From assembly GCF_036507355.1 (NCBI RefSeq), contig NZ_AP027877.1: DNA of 64,000 nt, one strand, 5' to 3'. This document shows, one piece after another, positions 11,248-23,298 of the stretch (its first letter is position 1; every line of letters starts with the position of its first letter). The position numbers and the translations under genes are program-made. The DNA is from Escherichia coli. Lineage in GTDB: Bacteria; Pseudomonadota; Gammaproteobacteria; Enterobacterales; Enterobacteriaceae. The notes under the pieces are model-generated. The model saw only the letters and a list, made by a program, of their open reading frames with translations, was not told where the DNA came from and made no database searches.

Positions 11248-12438
11248 GTGACCACCCGACAGCATTCATCGTTTGCTATTGTTTTTATCCTTGGCCTGCT
11301 GGCCATGTTGATGCCGCTGTCGATTGATATGTATCTGCCCGCGCTACCGGTAATTTCAGCGCAGTTTGGCGTACCGGCGGGCAGTACGCAGATGACCCTC
11401 AGTACTTATATTCTGGGCTTTGCGTTGGGGCAGTTAATCTACGGGCCGATGGCAGACAGCTTCGGGCGTAAGCCGGTGGTTCTTGGCGGTACGCTGGTGT
11501 TTGCCGCCGCCGCGGTGGCGTGTGCGTTGGCACAAACCATCGATCAGCTGATTGTGATGCGTTTCTTCCACGGGCTGGCGGCGGCTGCGGCCAGCGTGGT
11601 TATCAACGCTTTGATGCGTGATATCTACCCGAAAGAAGAGTTCTCGCGGATGATGTCGTTTGTCATGCTGGTGACAACCATTGCACCGCTGATGGCACCG
11701 ATAGTTGGCGGCTGGGTGCTGGTGTGGCTGAGCTGGCATTACATCTTCTGGATCCTCGCCGTGGCGGCGATTCTGGCTTCGGCAATGATCTTCTTTCTGA
11801 TCAAAGAAACCTTACCACCGGAGCGTCGCCAGCCTTTTCACATTCGTACCACTATTGGTAACTTTGCGGCGCTGTTCCGTCATAAGCGTGTCCTGAGTTA
11901 TATGCTGGCCAGTGGTTTCAGCTTTGCCGGGATGTTCTCGTTCTTAAGCGCCGGACCGTTTGTCTACATTGAAATTAACCACGTCGCGCCGGAAAACTTT
12001 GGTTATTACTTTGCACTAAACATTGTTTTCCTGTTCGTGATGACCATCTTTAATAGCCGCTTCGTCCGCCGTATTGGCGCGTTAAATATGTTCCGCTCGG
12101 GGTTGTGGATACAATTTATTATGGCAGCGTGGATGGTCATCAGTGCGCTGCTGGGGCTGGGATTTTGGTCGCTGGTGGTTGGCGTTGCGGCGTTTGTGGG
12201 CTGCGTGTCGATGGTGTCATCCAATGCGATGGCGGTCATTCTTGATGAGTTTCCCCATATGGCGGGAACGGCATCTTCGCTGGCAGGAACCTTCCGTTTT
12301 GGCATAGGGGCAATTGTTGGCGCATTGCTTTCTCTTGCGACCTTTAACTCTGCATGGCCGATGATTTGGTCAATTGCATTCTGCGCAACCAGCTCCATTC
12401 TCTTCTGTCTGTACGCCAGTCGGCCGAAAAAACGGTGA
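11248..12438 (+). CDS. bcr: Bicyclomycin/multidrug efflux MFS transporter Bcr (396 aa), GTG start
   Basis: 12-[29 protein letters not shown]...; 27 bp downstream of rsuA. Confidence 0.9.
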   Translation: MTTRQHSSFAIVFILGLLAMLMPLSIDMYLPALPVISAQFGVPAGSTQMTLSTYILGFALGQLIYGPMADSFGRKPVVLGGTLVFAAAAVACALAQTIDQLIVMRFFHGLAAAAASVVINALMRDIYPKEEFSRMMSFVMLVTTIAPLMAPIVGGWVLVWLSWHYIFWILAVAAILASAMIFFLIKETLPPERRQPFHIRTTIGNFAALFRHKRVLSYMLASGFSFAGMFSFLSAGPFVYIEINHVAPENFGYYFALNIVFLFVMTIFNSRFVRRIGALNMFRSGLWIQFIMAAWMVISALLGLGFWSLVVGVAAFVGCVSMVSSNAMAVILDEFPHMAGTASSLAGTFRFGIGAIVGALLSLATFNSAWPMIWSIAFCATSSILFCLYASRPKKR

Positions 12439-12772
12439 TCTATTGCACAACGAGGAAGCTAAAAGGCTTCCTTTGTTGATGCATGTCAACCACAAATCTA
12501 TCATTCCCCCCCGATATATGTTTATTTTATGTAAAATCAATTTATGTAAAAAGTCACATCATTGTAGTTAAAAAGGTTGAGTTAGATCGCAGAAACGGGT
12601 ACATATAGCCCCGCAAACGTGACCACGCCCGCAGATATTACTTAAATCAGAGCCATAGAGGCCACGCAGGCGAGGCATCAATCTTTACGATCTGTATAAA
12701 GACGGATTGTTGATGATGTGTTAAAATTGATGTAAATAAATTGTGAAGTAAATGTGCTTCCGGGGAAAATAA

Positions 12773-13117
12773 GTGACTTCATTACAACTCTCAATCGTCC
12801 ATCGACTGCCGCAGAACTATCGCTGGTCTGCTGGTTTCGCAGGTTCGAAGGTTGAACCGATTCCGCAAAATGGACCGTGCGGTGACAACAGCCTGGTGGC
12901 GCTTAAATTGCTTAGCCCGGATGGTGATAATGCATGGTCGGTGATGTATAAACTAAGCCAGGCGTTAAGCGACATCGAAGTTCCATGTTCGGTGCTGGAG
13001 TGTGAAGGTGAGCCGTGCCTGTTTGTAAATCGCCAGGACGAGTTTGCTGCAACATGCCGATTGAAAAATTTTGGTGTGGCAATTGCCGAACCCTTTTCAA
13101 ACTACAATCCTTTTTAA
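12773..13117 (+). CDS. yejG: Uncharacterized protein YejG (114 aa)
   Basis: ORF of the expected length at the expected position; function not inferable from sequence. Confidence 0.75.
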
Positions 13118-13120
13118 GCG

Positions 13121-14710
13121 TCAGCTCAACGCCAGTAGCTGACGCGTATACTCCTGCTGCGGTGTGGCAAACACGCGCGCGCACGGTCCTTGTTCCACTA
13201 CTTCCCCTTGTCGCAGTACGATAACCTGATGACATAACGCGCGGACAACGTGCAAATCGTGGCTGATAAACAAATAGGCCAGTTGATGCTTTTGTTGCAA
13301 TGATTTCAATAGCGTCAATATTTGCGCCTGTACCGTTTTGTCGAGTGATGATGTCGGTTCATCAAGTATGATCAGCGAGGGCTTAAGAATTAATGCCCTG
13401 GCAATCGCAATACGTTGTCGCTGACCACCAGAGAACTCCGCCGGATAACGCTGGCGTGTTTCAGGATCTAATCCCACTTCATGCATCACGGCTATCACTT
13501 GTTGTTCGCGTTGTGCGGCAGAAAGCGTCGGCTGGTGAACCCGTAAGCCTTCCTCAATAATCTGCAAAACGTTGAGTCGTGGGTTGAGCGAGGAGTTTGG
13601 ATCCTGAAATACCACCTGAATGCGATGACGAATAGGTAACAGCTGGCGGCGATTTAAATTTTGCAGTGGCTGACCGTCAAAGACGATGCTGCCCTGAGAG
13701 TTAATCAGTCGCAGCAGCGCCAGTCCCGTCGTGCTTTTCCCGGAACCAGACTCGCCCACTAAACCCAGTGTTTCACCCGCTCGTAGCGTAAAACTGATGT
13801 TTTTCACCACCACATTATGATCCACAATGCGCTTCAAAATCCCTTTGCGAATGGGGAAGGCAACCTGAAGCTGTTCAACATCCAGCAACGTTGAGGCAGG
13901 TTCTGGCAACGGCACTGGATCGCCTGACGGTTCACTGTTGAGTAGCTTTTGTGTGTAAGGATGAGTGGGTGAGGCAAATAGCGTAGCGGCGTTATTTTGC
14001 TCGACACAGCGACCGTTTTGCATTACCGCCACGCGGTGGGCCAGTTTTCTGACAATGCTGAGGTTATGAGTAATAAACAGCATGCCCATATTCAGCTCGC
14101 CTTGCAGTTCGCGCAACAGCTGTAAAATCTGCGCCTGGACAGAGACGTCCAGTGCGGTGGTCGGTTCATCGGCAATTAATAATTCCGGTCGCGTTAACAG
14201 CGCCATCGCAATCATCACCCGCTGGCGTTCGCCGCCGGAGAGCTGATGCGGATAATCTGTCAGCCGTTTTGCCGCCTGGCGGATACCAACGCGATCAAGG
14301 CAGTTAAGAATTTCGCCACGAGCCGCTTCCCGACGCATCCCGCGGTGGAGTGAAAGCACTTCATAAAGCTGTTTTTCCAGGGTATGCAATGGATTTAACG
14401 ACACCATCGGCTCCTGAAAAATCATGGCGATCTTATTACCGCGTACACCGCGCAACGTTTGATCGCTGGCATGAAGCAGCGATTCGCCATGAAAACGAAT
14501 ATCGCCGGAGAGATATTCAACCGGCGGGGAAGGGAGCAGGCGTAAAATTGACAGCGCGGTAACGCTTTTGCCTGAACCTGACTCACCCACCAGCGCCAGC
14601 GTTTCGCCAGCCTCAATCTGTAGTGAAACATCATTGACTACTGTACGTACGGTTTGCTGATGGCGAAAACCCACCGATAAATCTTCAATCGCTAACAGAG
14701 TTTGCGTCAT
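13121..14710 (-). CDS. yejF: Peptide/microcin C ABC transporter ATPase YejF, two fused ABC domains (529 aa)
   Basis: Two Walker A motifs (GESGSGKS twice) and two LSGGQ-type signatures; start trimmed to [13 protein letters not shown]. Confidence 0.9.
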   Translation of the reverse strand: MTQTLLAIEDLSVGFRHQQTVRTVVNDVSLQIEAGETLALVGESGSGKSVTALSILRLLPSPPVEYLSGDIRFHGESLLHASDQTLRGVRGNKIAMIFQEPMVSLNPLHTLEKQLYEVLSLHRGMRREAARGEILNCLDRVGIRQAAKRLTDYPHQLSGGERQRVMIAMALLTRPELLIADEPTTALDVSVQAQILQLLRELQGELNMGMLFITHNLSIVRKLAHRVAVMQNGRCVEQNNAATLFASPTHPYTQKLLNSEPSGDPVPLPEPASTLLDVEQLQVAFPIRKGILKRIVDHNVVVKNISFTLRAGETLGLVGESGSGKSTTGLALLRLINSQGSIVFDGQPLQNLNRRQLLPIRHRIQVVFQDPNSSLNPRLNVLQIIEEGLRVHQPTLSAAQREQQVIAVMHEVGLDPETRQRYPAEFSGGQRQRIAIARALILKPSLIILDEPTSSLDKTVQAQILTLLKSLQQKHQLAYLFISHDLHVVRALCHQVIVLRQGEVVEQGPCARVFATPQQEYTRQLLALS

Positions 14711-14711
14711 G

Positions 14712-15737
14712 CTACACCGCCTTATTAGGATCAAATGCGTCGCGGACGGCTTCACCAATAAAGATCAGCAAAGACAATAATATCGCCACCGACAAGAAGG
14801 CGGTGATCCCAAGCCACGGAGCCTGAAGGTTATTTTTCCCTTGTAACAGCAGTTCACCGAGTGACGGTGAACCGAGCGGCAGACCGAAGCCGAGGAAATC
14901 GAGTGAGGTCAGGGTGGTAATCGAACTACATAAAATAAACGGTAAAAAGGTGAGGGTCGCGACCATGGCATTTGGCAACATATGACGCAGGATGATACTG
15001 CGATCGCTGACGCCAAGCGCCTGCGCCGCACGAATGTAGTCGAAATTACGGGTACGTAAAAACTCCGCCCGCACCACGCCGACCAGGCTCATCCAGCCAA
15101 ACAAGACAGTAATTGCCAGCAGCCACCAGAAGTTAGGCTGTACGACGCTGGAAAGTAAAATAATCAAAAACAGCGTCGGCATCCCCGACCATACTTCAAT
15201 AAAGCGTTGCCCCCAGAGATCGACTTTACCGCCGTAATAGCCTTGTAGCGCCCCCGCCAGCACGCCCATCACGCTGGAACAGAGAGTCAGCATCAGGCCA
15301 AACAGAACCGAGATCCGCGTGCCATAGAGAATACGTGCCAGCACATCGCCGCCGTTGGCATCCGTTCCCAGCCAGTTTTGCCGGGAAGGTGGGGAAGGGA
15401 AGGGCTTATCGGTAGCAAAGTTGATACTGGTAGCACCAAAGCGAATCGGTGCCCACAGTACCCAGCCGTTATTTTCCAGCCGCTCTTTCAGCCACGGGTC
15501 CTGATAATCAGCCTTACTTGCCAACGGGCCGCCAAAATCGCTTTCGCTGTAGTTTTTCAACAACGGGAAATACCAACTGCCGTCATAACGCACCAGCAAC
15601 GGTTTATCGTTGGCGATAAGTTCAGAACATAAACTCAAACCAAACAAGACGAGGAAAATCCATAACGACCAGTAGCCGCGACGGTTATGACGAAAACGCG
15701 CCCAACGGGCCTGGTTGACGGGGCTGAGTCGCGACAT
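14712..15737 (-). CDS. yejE: Peptide ABC transporter permease YejE (341 aa)
   Basis: Polytopic membrane ORF of the BPD-transporter type; start overlaps the yejB stop by 1 nt. Confidence 0.9.
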   Translation of the reverse strand: MSRLSPVNQARWARFRHNRRGYWSLWIFLVLFGLSLCSELIANDKPLLVRYDGSWYFPLLKNYSESDFGGPLASKADYQDPWLKERLENNGWVLWAPIRFGATSINFATDKPFPSPPSRQNWLGTDANGGDVLARILYGTRISVLFGLMLTLCSSVMGVLAGALQGYYGGKVDLWGQRFIEVWSGMPTLFLIILLSSVVQPNFWWLLAITVLFGWMSLVGVVRAEFLRTRNFDYIRAAQALGVSDRSIILRHMLPNAMVATLTFLPFILCSSITTLTSLDFLGFGLPLGSPSLGELLLQGKNNLQAPWLGITAFLSVAILLSLLIFIGEAVRDAFDPNKAV

Positions 15738-16831
15738 TAACGTCCCTCAAAATCTATACGCGGATCGACCAGCGTATAGCTGATATCACTGACAATATTC
15801 AGCAGCAGGCCAATCAGGGTGAAAATATACAAGGTACCAAACATTACAGGATAATCGCGCGAGACGGTCGCTTCGTAGCCCAGTAAGCCAAGACCATTGA
15901 GTGAAAACATCACCTCAATCAGCAGCGAGCCGGTAAAAAACATGCTGATAAACGTCGCCGGAAAACCGGCAATCACCAGCAGCATGGCGTTGCGGAACAC
16001 ATGTTTCCAGAGAATATTTTTTTCACTTACCCCTTTCGCACGCGCAGTCACCACGTATTGCTTGCGCACTTCATCAAGGAATGAGTTTTTGGTCAGCATG
16101 GTCAGCGCCGCAAAGCCACCAATCACTGTCGCCAGCACCGGCAGCGTGATATGACACAGATAATCGGTGATTTTCTGATACCACGGCAGCGAATCAAAGT
16201 TAGCGGAAACCAGGCCGCGTAGAGGGAACAGGTCGAAATAGCTGCCGCCTGCGAAGAAGACAATCAGCAGGATGGCAAACAAAAAGGCCGGAATAGCGTA
16301 GCCGATGATGATAAATGCGCTACTCCAGACGTCAAAGCGGCTCCCATTATAAACAGCTTTGCGAATGCCTAACGGAATCGACACCAGATAGATAATCAGC
16401 GTGCTCCACAATCCGAGGATGATGGAAACCGGCAGACTGTCTTTAATCAGCGTCAGCACCGAGGCGCTGCGAAACAGGCTATCGCCAAAATCAAAGCGGA
16501 TATAGTCCCAGAGCATTTTGAAGTAACGTTCGTGGATCGGCTTATCGAAACCGTAGCGATGAGTGATCTCGGCGATCACTTCTGGATCTAATCCGCGTCC
16601 GCCACGGTAATTACTGTCGCTGATATTACCGACGCCCGTTTGCGCATGGCTGGCGCGAACGCCTTCACCGCCTGCGCCGGGTAATACTCCGGCATTACCA
16701 AACTCAATGGCGGCGATGGCCTGGTCGACCGGACCGCCAGGCGCAATTTGCACGATGAAAAAGTTGATAGTGATAATCGCCCATAACGTTGGGATCACCA
16801 GCAACAGACGGCGAATCAGATAAGCGCCCAT
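15737..16831 (-). CDS. yejB: Peptide ABC transporter permease YejB (364 aa)
   Basis: Polytopic membrane ORF directly downstream of yejA. Confidence 0.9.
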   Translation of the reverse strand: MGAYLIRRLLLVIPTLWAIITINFFIVQIAPGGPVDQAIAAIEFGNAGVLPGAGGEGVRASHAQTGVGNISDSNYRGGRGLDPEVIAEITHRYGFDKPIHERYFKMLWDYIRFDFGDSLFRSASVLTLIKDSLPVSIILGLWSTLIIYLVSIPLGIRKAVYNGSRFDVWSSAFIIIGYAIPAFLFAILLIVFFAGGSYFDLFPLRGLVSANFDSLPWYQKITDYLCHITLPVLATVIGGFAALTMLTKNSFLDEVRKQYVVTARAKGVSEKNILWKHVFRNAMLLVIAGFPATFISMFFTGSLLIEVMFSLNGLGLLGYEATVSRDYPVMFGTLYIFTLIGLLLNIVSDISYTLVDPRIDFEGR

Positions 16832-18652
16832 CTACTCTCCCTGTTGTCTGGCTGACGGCAGTTTGGCCGCTTTATTAACATCATACCACCAGGTATCGAT
16901 ACCCAGACTGTAAACAGGGCGCACAGCGGGTTGGGAGAATTTATCCCACCAGGCGAGACGGTCTTCCGCCATGTACCACATTGGCAGCATGTAATAATTC
17001 CACGTTAATACGCGATCCAGTGCTCGCCCTAACGGTAGTAATTTTTCTTTATTTCCCTGCGCGGCAATAATTTGGTTGATCAGCGAGTCGATAACCGGGC
17101 TTTGCACGCCGGGGGCATTATAAGTGGAATTGATATATTCCGATGACCAGGAAATCTGTAAATCGGAACTGGGCCACGGCATCGCCCGCCATAGGCGCGG
17201 CATCATGTCATAGTCGCGACTGCGCATGCGGTTGGTGATTTGCGAGTTATCCACCTTGTGAATGTCCATGTTGATACCCAGCCGTTGCAGGCTGTGCTGG
17301 AACGGCAATACCCACTGACTATTGCTGCTTGCGGGAAGCAATAATTCAAAGCTGAGCGGCTGACCCGTTGTGGCATTAACGCGTTGCTGACCCTTCAGCA
17401 CCCAGCCCGCTTCGTTGAGAAGTTTGTCGGCTTTTAACAGGTTGTCACGATCGTAGCCATCGCCTTTGGATACCGGCGGCTGGTAGATTTGTGTGAAGAC
17501 TTCTGGCGGTAGATCTTTTTTCATTGGTGCCAGAAGCACCAGCTCCGCGGCGTCGGGGTAATTTCTGGCCGCGTATTCGGTATTCTGAAAATAACTGTTC
17601 GTGCGACTCCAGGCATTGTAAAACAACGCCTTGTTCATCCATTCAAAGTCAAAGGCGAGAGTGATTGCTTCCCGCACCCGGCGATCGCTGAATACTGGAC
17701 GTTGGATATTAAACGCCAGCCAGCGCGTATCCTGGGCTGATTCGTTCTTTTGCTCATCTTTGATGATGTATTTTTTATCGAAATTTTTACCGGTATAACG
17801 CGTGGCCCAGTTTTTAGCGTCGTTTTCCATACGCAAATCAAAAGCACCTGCTTTAAACGCTTCAAAGGCGACATTATCATCGAGGTAATAATCGTAGCGA
17901 ATGGTGTCGAAATTCCAGCGTCCACGGTTTACCGGTAAGTTTGCTGCCCAGTAATCTTTCACGCGGGAATAGACAATATTTTGCCCCATTTTCCAGGACG
18001 TAATTCGGTACGGACCACTGGCAAGCGGAGGCGTGGCGAGTGGATCGCTAAGTTTGTGATCCTTCCAGTACTTTTCTGGAAATACCGGCAGCGAAAACAG
18101 ACTTAACATATCTTCTTTGCCGGGTTTAGCTAACTCAATGCGCACGGTTAACGGCGCAATGGCTTTGACGGTGGTGCCTTTGTAGACCAGACGAAATTGC
18201 GGCACGCCTTCGGTCATAAATTTTTGAAAAGTAAACTCTACATCGCGGGCAGTAATGGGCGAACCATCATGAAAACGGGCGCGCGGATTAATAGCGACCT
18301 CCACCCAGGAATAATCGTCAGCATAGCGTGCACTTTCAGCAATCAGCGGGTAATAACTGCCTGGTTCGTCATCGGAAGTCGTAAATAGCGTGTCGTACAG
18401 CTGCTCGGTGCGTGCGCCCGGGTTGCCGCGCAGTGCATAGCGGTTGAAATTATCGAAGGTGCCGAGGGCTGACAACGTTATCTGCCCACCTTTTGGCGCG
18501 GCGGGGTTCACATAATCAAAATGGTTGAAATTAAACGCGTACCGGGGTTCGCCCAGCACGGCAAAGGCATAGCTTTCCTTGATAGCCTGCGCCTGCGCAT
18601 CAAAGGTGAACAGAGCGATAAACAGCAGCAGTATGCGCACAATCATCTGCAA
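16832..18652 (-). CDS. yejA: Periplasmic peptide-binding protein YejA (about 604 aa; true start may be the Met at 18646)
   Basis: Signal peptide MIVRILLLFIALFTFDAQA followed by a family-5 solute-binding fold; first gene of yejABEF. Confidence 0.88.
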   Translation of the reverse strand: MQMIVRILLLFIALFTFDAQAQAIKESYAFAVLGEPRYAFNFNHFDYVNPAAPKGGQITLSALGTFDNFNRYALRGNPGARTEQLYDTLFTTSDDEPGSYYPLIAESARYADDYSWVEVAINPRARFHDGSPITARDVEFTFQKFMTEGVPQFRLVYKGTTVKAIAPLTVRIELAKPGKEDMLSLFSLPVFPEKYWKDHKLSDPLATPPLASGPYRITSWKMGQNIVYSRVKDYWAANLPVNRGRWNFDTIRYDYYLDDNVAFEAFKAGAFDLRMENDAKNWATRYTGKNFDKKYIIKDEQKNESAQDTRWLAFNIQRPVFSDRRVREAITLAFDFEWMNKALFYNAWSRTNSYFQNTEYAARNYPDAAELVLLAPMKKDLPPEVFTQIYQPPVSKGDGYDRDNLLKADKLLNEAGWVLKGQQRVNATTGQPLSFELLLPASSNSQWVLPFQHSLQRLGINMDIHKVDNSQITNRMRSRDYDMMPRLWRAMPWPSSDLQISWSSEYINSTYNAPGVQSPVIDSLINQIIAAQGNKEKLLPLGRALDRVLTWNYYMLPMWYMAEDRLAWWDKFSQPAVRPVYSLGIDTWWYDVNKAAKLPSARQQGE

Positions 18653-18727
18653 CGGATTTCCTTTTACTCATCATTAGCCGCAATCCGGCATGCTTTCACT
18701 ATGAATAATAAGGGACGTAAGCACACC

Positions 18728-20284
18728 TTACCACTGCGGCGTATACGGTTTCTTCAGCCAGCGGACAAAATCGTCCAGCGGTAACGGGCGACTAATCCAG
18801 TAGCCTTGCATGAAATTAACGCCGCGTTCGCTTAGCCATCGCGCCTGTTCCGGCGTTTCGACCCCTTCAGCAACCGTCAGCATATTGAGGCGTTTCGCCA
18901 GCGTCAGCACCGCGTCAAGTACGGGTGAAGTGATCGTTTCCGTACCGATGGCGTTGATAAATCCACGGTCAATTTTCAGATAATCGAGCGTAAAACGCTC
19001 AAGATAGATAAGCGCGCTGTGCCCGGTGCCGAAGTCATCAATAGCAATTTCTATGCCGACCGAGTGCAGCCAGGCGAAGAGTTGTGTGGCTTCTTGCTCT
19101 TTCAGCATATCGCGCTCGGTAATTTCCAGCACAATCTGGAAATGGTGTGCGGGCAGGGAAGTGAGCAGTTTCTGGATATCTGCTTTAAAGCTTTCGCTGT
19201 GCAGATGGTCCGGCGCAATGTTAATACCAAATTTGACGCCTACCGGCAGCACTTTTTCTAATTCTGCGGCATCGCGGGCAATTAACTCAAACAGGTGCTG
19301 AGTCAGCGGCACAATCATCTTTTGCGATTCGGCAAAGTTAATGAAGGCATCCGGGGGAATTTCTCCCGCGACAGGATGCCGCCAGCGTAGCAGTACTTCC
19401 AGGCCCGTTACTCGCAAAGCTTGTGTATCCACCACCGGTTGATACGCCACGTAAAATTGTTCGCGCTTGATGGCGGTCATGATTTCTCTGCCGGGGCGCA
19501 TACGTACGCTCATCAGGTAATAGCAGAGCAGGCCAACGACAGTTCCACTCATGCCGCCCAGTAAAAATGCGTACCACACATCGTTCCATGTCCAGTCATC
19601 TGCATAAAGCCGAACGGTCAGAGGAATGCCCGCAATTTTAGTTTCACGGACTGGCATGTCGGTTAATTCGTTAACGTTCATCAAACGTGAAGAAAAGGTA
19701 GATAGAGCAGTATTGCCAATAATGAGGGCGACGCCATCGTAATCTTCCTGCCGTGAACTATAAAAGAGTGAGGGCGTCAGGTTGAGATTCAGAGCGGCAA
19801 AGACGCCGCTGTTTTTCAGCAAAGGGTTGCGATACCAGATGACGATTGCGGGTTTGTTCGGCACCATCGGCGTGCCGGGTAAGATCGCCATATCGACATT
19901 TTTATTAATGTCGAGCGCCGGAATCAATTCATTGAGTGGAATGTCCATCTCACCGGTCGCAGATGAACAGAATGTTTTTTTATCTTTCACCAGCACAAAC
20001 GTACGGACATTCATGCTAAACGCCGCTCGGGCGGTCAGTTCGGGGTTAGCCTGCTGGCAGGTATCTAAGGTCAGCGGCTGAAGCCGGTCAGTAGTGGATT
20101 TCAGGTCGGCAAAATAGGTATCGAGATACTTTTGTACGTCGGTAATCAGTGTGTCGTATTTGACTTCGTGCTTATGCCAGGCCACCAAAAACTGAAGGCA
20201 GCTCACCAGTATCGCAATCATCACGCCTGCAACAATGCAGGTAAGCAGGAGCTTACGTCCAGAATTGGGAGCGCGTATGAACAT
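18728..20284 (-). CDS. pdeN: c-di-GMP phosphodiesterase PdeN/Rtn (518 aa)
   Basis: N-terminal TM and periplasmic domain, C-terminal EAL domain (EVLLRWRHP..., ELTE motifs). Confidence 0.88.
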   Translation of the reverse strand: MFIRAPNSGRKLLLTCIVAGVMIAILVSCLQFLVAWHKHEVKYDTLITDVQKYLDTYFADLKSTTDRLQPLTLDTCQQANPELTARAAFSMNVRTFVLVKDKKTFCSSATGEMDIPLNELIPALDINKNVDMAILPGTPMVPNKPAIVIWYRNPLLKNSGVFAALNLNLTPSLFYSSRQEDYDGVALIIGNTALSTFSSRLMNVNELTDMPVRETKIAGIPLTVRLYADDWTWNDVWYAFLLGGMSGTVVGLLCYYLMSVRMRPGREIMTAIKREQFYVAYQPVVDTQALRVTGLEVLLRWRHPVAGEIPPDAFINFAESQKMIVPLTQHLFELIARDAAELEKVLPVGVKFGINIAPDHLHSESFKADIQKLLTSLPAHHFQIVLEITERDMLKEQEATQLFAWLHSVGIEIAIDDFGTGHSALIYLERFTLDYLKIDRGFINAIGTETITSPVLDAVLTLAKRLNMLTVAEGVETPEQARWLSERGVNFMQGYWISRPLPLDDFVRWLKKPYTPQW

Positions 20285-20464
20285 GATTCCGTTAATTTCC
20301 TGAAATTACGACAACATTTAAAAGATAACAATGACCGGACTATAGCCTGGATCAAGACGCGGAAACATCATTTTCTCTGATGAATGAAAACAAAAAAGCA
20401 CTGCCTAAGCAGTGCTTTTAGTTAACTCGTCAGGATAGCCAAGGGATTGCATCCAAACGGTTTA

Positions 20465-21031
20465 TTAGCTGCGGCTGAGAACCCGGCGTGCTTCGTTGTA
20501 ACGCTTCTTCCAGTACGGTTCATTCATGCTGGAAATAATAACACCACTGCTGGTGGAAGCATGGACAAACTGATTGTTGCCGATATAAATACCGACATGG
20601 CGTCCCGTTGAACCGGCACGGAACAGAACTAAATCACCCGTACGCAAATTACTGCGAGAAACAGATTTACCCATTTCCTGCTGTTCGTAAGTCGAACGCG
20701 GAAGTTCTAAGCCAAATTGCTCACGGAATGTACGCTGTACGAAACCAGAACAATCGATACCTTTTTTAGTGCTGCCGCCCAGACGATAACGTACGCCTTT
20801 CCAGTCAGCATACTGATCCATAATTCGCGATTTTACGTCGACATTACGAACCAGGTTTTCAAATTCATCCTGAGAAGCTTGCAGTGATGATGTTTCACTA
20901 CCCACTGCACGTGTCTCAGGATGCATATTCTTTGCGGTGTTATTTGCACTACATGCAGAAAGCAGAACCGCTACTGCAATCGCGGGAATCCCGCGCAAGA
21001 TATATCTCAAAATCGGTTGAGATTTGACCAT
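20465..21031 (-). CDS. mepS: Murein endopeptidase lipoprotein MepS/Spr, NlpC/P60 family (188 aa)
   Basis: Lipobox LLSAC, then NlpC/P60 catalytic region with conserved Cys (DCSGFV) and His. Confidence 0.92.
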
Positions 21032-21442
21032 GTTGTTTGTTTTCCCTTGAAGTCCTTAACGACAAATATCGTTATAAAAAAATGCCAAGCGACACGAGAC
21101 TAATTACCTGGGCATGTTGAAACAATTCCTTAAGGCCAAATCTGTGGACTAACGCACAAAATTATATGCTGTGAGGATAATCTACCGCCGAGGCAAAACG
21201 AGTTCGAGATTACCCGATTGGTGCGGTCTTGGCGAGCGGTTTTACATGATTTTTTATAAGAAAAAGTGATACAGAAAGTTAATAAGCGGGATTGGTCAAT
21301 TAAAGTACGATTGAGTGAAACGCATGCAATCCATTCATTTACTTAGAGAATGATTTTTGCTTTCGATGGATGAAAGCACGGTGCGCATCATCAGGATTAT
21401 CCTCACTATAAAAATAAACCTGATGATGTTAATTACTGTGAG

Positions 21443-22156
21443 TTATTTGTTTTGGAAATGTTTGTTTTTTCCCGGTAGTGATTTGTCAAAAAAGGTGATT
21501 AATCGATCACTTAATGGCGTCAGCAACACCCAGGGCAAACCGATCAATATCACGGTCATCGAACCGACAATGATGTCAGTAAACCAGTGTGCGCCAATCA
21601 TTACTCTGGGAAACGCAAAAACCACAAAAATAATAAGGGCGATAAGACCTGCAACTTTGCCGAAATAACGCCACATGAATGCCGAAAAAATAAGCAGCAT
21701 CATGCCGTGATCGCCGGGAAAGCTATCTCGTGAGGCATCTTTCGTGGGGACAGAGAGCAGTTCGCTGACGCGGTTAATATCGGTAAAAGTCAATGTTGGG
21801 CTGGCCCGTTTTACAGGAATTAATGCCTGACCCAGCTGGTTTAATACCACTGCAGTTAATAGCATGACCAGACCAATAATCACGATACGTCGTCTGCCTG
21901 GGGCGTTTTCTTTCAGCCAGAAACTCAGCATCAACATTCCCATCGCCAGCAGTGAACAACCGTCGAAAGCGCGATTGTTGGTCAATGCAACCAGCCACAA
22001 AAAGGCCTTACTTTCGACCAGTTTCTGATTAAAGAAATAAAAAATATCCGCATCAATCGGCAACCAGAATCCATGATTAACGGGAATATACCAGGAAAGA
22101 AACAGCGCGAGGCCGACAATATTCAACAACACTATTTGCGGCAAATTTTTAATCAT
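21443..22156 (-). CDS. lpxT: Lipid A 1-diphosphate synthase LpxT/YeiU, PAP2 family (237 aa)
   Basis: PAP2 phosphatase motifs in a polytopic membrane protein; start trimmed to MIKNLPQIVLL. Confidence 0.88.
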   Translation of the reverse strand: MIKNLPQIVLLNIVGLALFLSWYIPVNHGFWLPIDADIFYFFNQKLVESKAFLWLVALTNNRAFDGCSLLAMGMLMLSFWLKENAPGRRRIVIIGLVMLLTAVVLNQLGQALIPVKRASPTLTFTDINRVSELLSVPTKDASRDSFPGDHGMMLLIFSAFMWRYFGKVAGLIALIIFVVFAFPRVMIGAHWFTDIIVGSMTVILIGLPWVLLTPLSDRLITFFDKSLPGKNKHFQNK

Positions 22157-22194
22157 ATTTTCTCTAATTATCTTACTGAAAAACGCAGGCAACC

Positions 22195-23181
22195 TTACGC
22201 GGTTGTCGCTAAACGAAGCTTCAACAGCGCGCTCTGCAAGGCATTCCAGTCAGCTTCGCTGCTGGAAATCAGCTCAATACGGCTGTCCGGTGGCGCAACG
22301 TTTTGCGTTTCAATGTGCAGGTCATCGCCCTGACGGTTGATTCGCACCAGCCCTTCGGGAATACGCAGCACGCCTTTGACGCGTTCCACCGGTGCAAGTC
22401 GCGCCCATTCCAGAATGCCAATGGTGTCGAATACCGTATCAGCGTCGAATATCCAGCCGCAGGCCTGATATCCTTGCCCGCTGTTCAGACTGCGACGCCA
22501 GCGTTGATGCTCTGGCAGGCTTAACGCTGCTAACCCTTTTTTCACGACATGCTGATGAGAATGCGCGGCGCTGACGGGCAACTCGGCTAAATTGCGACGC
22601 GGCAAATCCAGAAGATGACCGTCAACTTTCCCATGCTCACTGTGAATTAATTGCCGATCGCCACCATTTTGCTGCCACCAGCGCTGTAGCGCTTGCTCGC
22701 TTTCAGGTGTCGCACGGTCGGATTTATTGGCGACAATGATGTCTGCGGCAGCCAGCTGGTCACGGAAGTTTTCATTGCTGGCGCTTTTTTCGTCCAGCAG
22801 CAGGCGTGGATCGAGAATGCACAAGGTGGCGCGCAGATCTATCCACGGTTCATAGACTGGTGCGGTTAACAGATCGAGGATCTGTTTCGGATGGCCCAGC
22901 CCAGTCGGCTCTATCAACAAGCGGTCTGGTTTTCCCTGACGCAGTAAGGTATTCAACCCTACCTGCATGGGTAAACCATTAACGCAGCACATGCAGCCGC
23001 CGGGGATCTCTTTCAGCAGTGCGCCGCTATCGGCGAGCAAAGCACCATCAATTCCGACTTCCCCAAATTCATTAACCAGTACCGCCCATTTTTCGTTGGG
23101 ATCTTTATGGGCTAACAGATGAAGAATCGACGTGGTTTTCCCGCTGCCGAGAAAACCGGTGATGAGGTTGGTCCTGGTCAC
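22195..23181 (-). CDS. yeiR: COG0523-family zinc-associated GTPase YeiR (328 aa)
   Basis: P-loop GFLGSGKTT, CxCC motif (GGCMCC), His-rich C-terminal region. Confidence 0.88.
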   Translation of the reverse strand: MTRTNLITGFLGSGKTTSILHLLAHKDPNEKWAVLVNEFGEVGIDGALLADSGALLKEIPGGCMCCVNGLPMQVGLNTLLRQGKPDRLLIEPTGLGHPKQILDLLTAPVYEPWIDLRATLCILDPRLLLDEKSASNENFRDQLAAADIIVANKSDRATPESEQALQRWWQQNGGDRQLIHSEHGKVDGHLLDLPRRNLAELPVSAAHSHQHVVKKGLAALSLPEHQRWRRSLNSGQGYQACGWIFDADTVFDTIGILEWARLAPVERVKGVLRIPEGLVRINRQGDDLHIETQNVAPPDSRIELISSSEADWNALQSALLKLRLATTA

Positions 23182-23298
23182 AACGGCTCCGCAATACTCT
23201 GGTAAGTTAACTGAGCGTTAATCCTGGCTAAAAACGGCAGAAAAGAGAAGGGGAGAGCGGACGAAGGCGAGCTTCATCCGCTTTAACCGCAGAAATCG

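Noticed and set aside
21380-21428. Inverted repeat catcatcagg...cctgatgatg with a 29-nt loop near the lpxT 3' end, considered as a structured RNA
   Set aside because: The loop is long and AT-rich, the stem is only 10 bp, and the repeat overlaps the lpxT stop region. Most simply a weak terminator or coincidence; not enough evidence to call a feature.
21357-21668. 103-aa plus-strand ORF spanning the mepS-lpxT intergenic region and the lpxT 3' end
   Set aside because: It overlaps the lpxT coding region in antisense and starts in AT-rich promoter DNA. No independent support.
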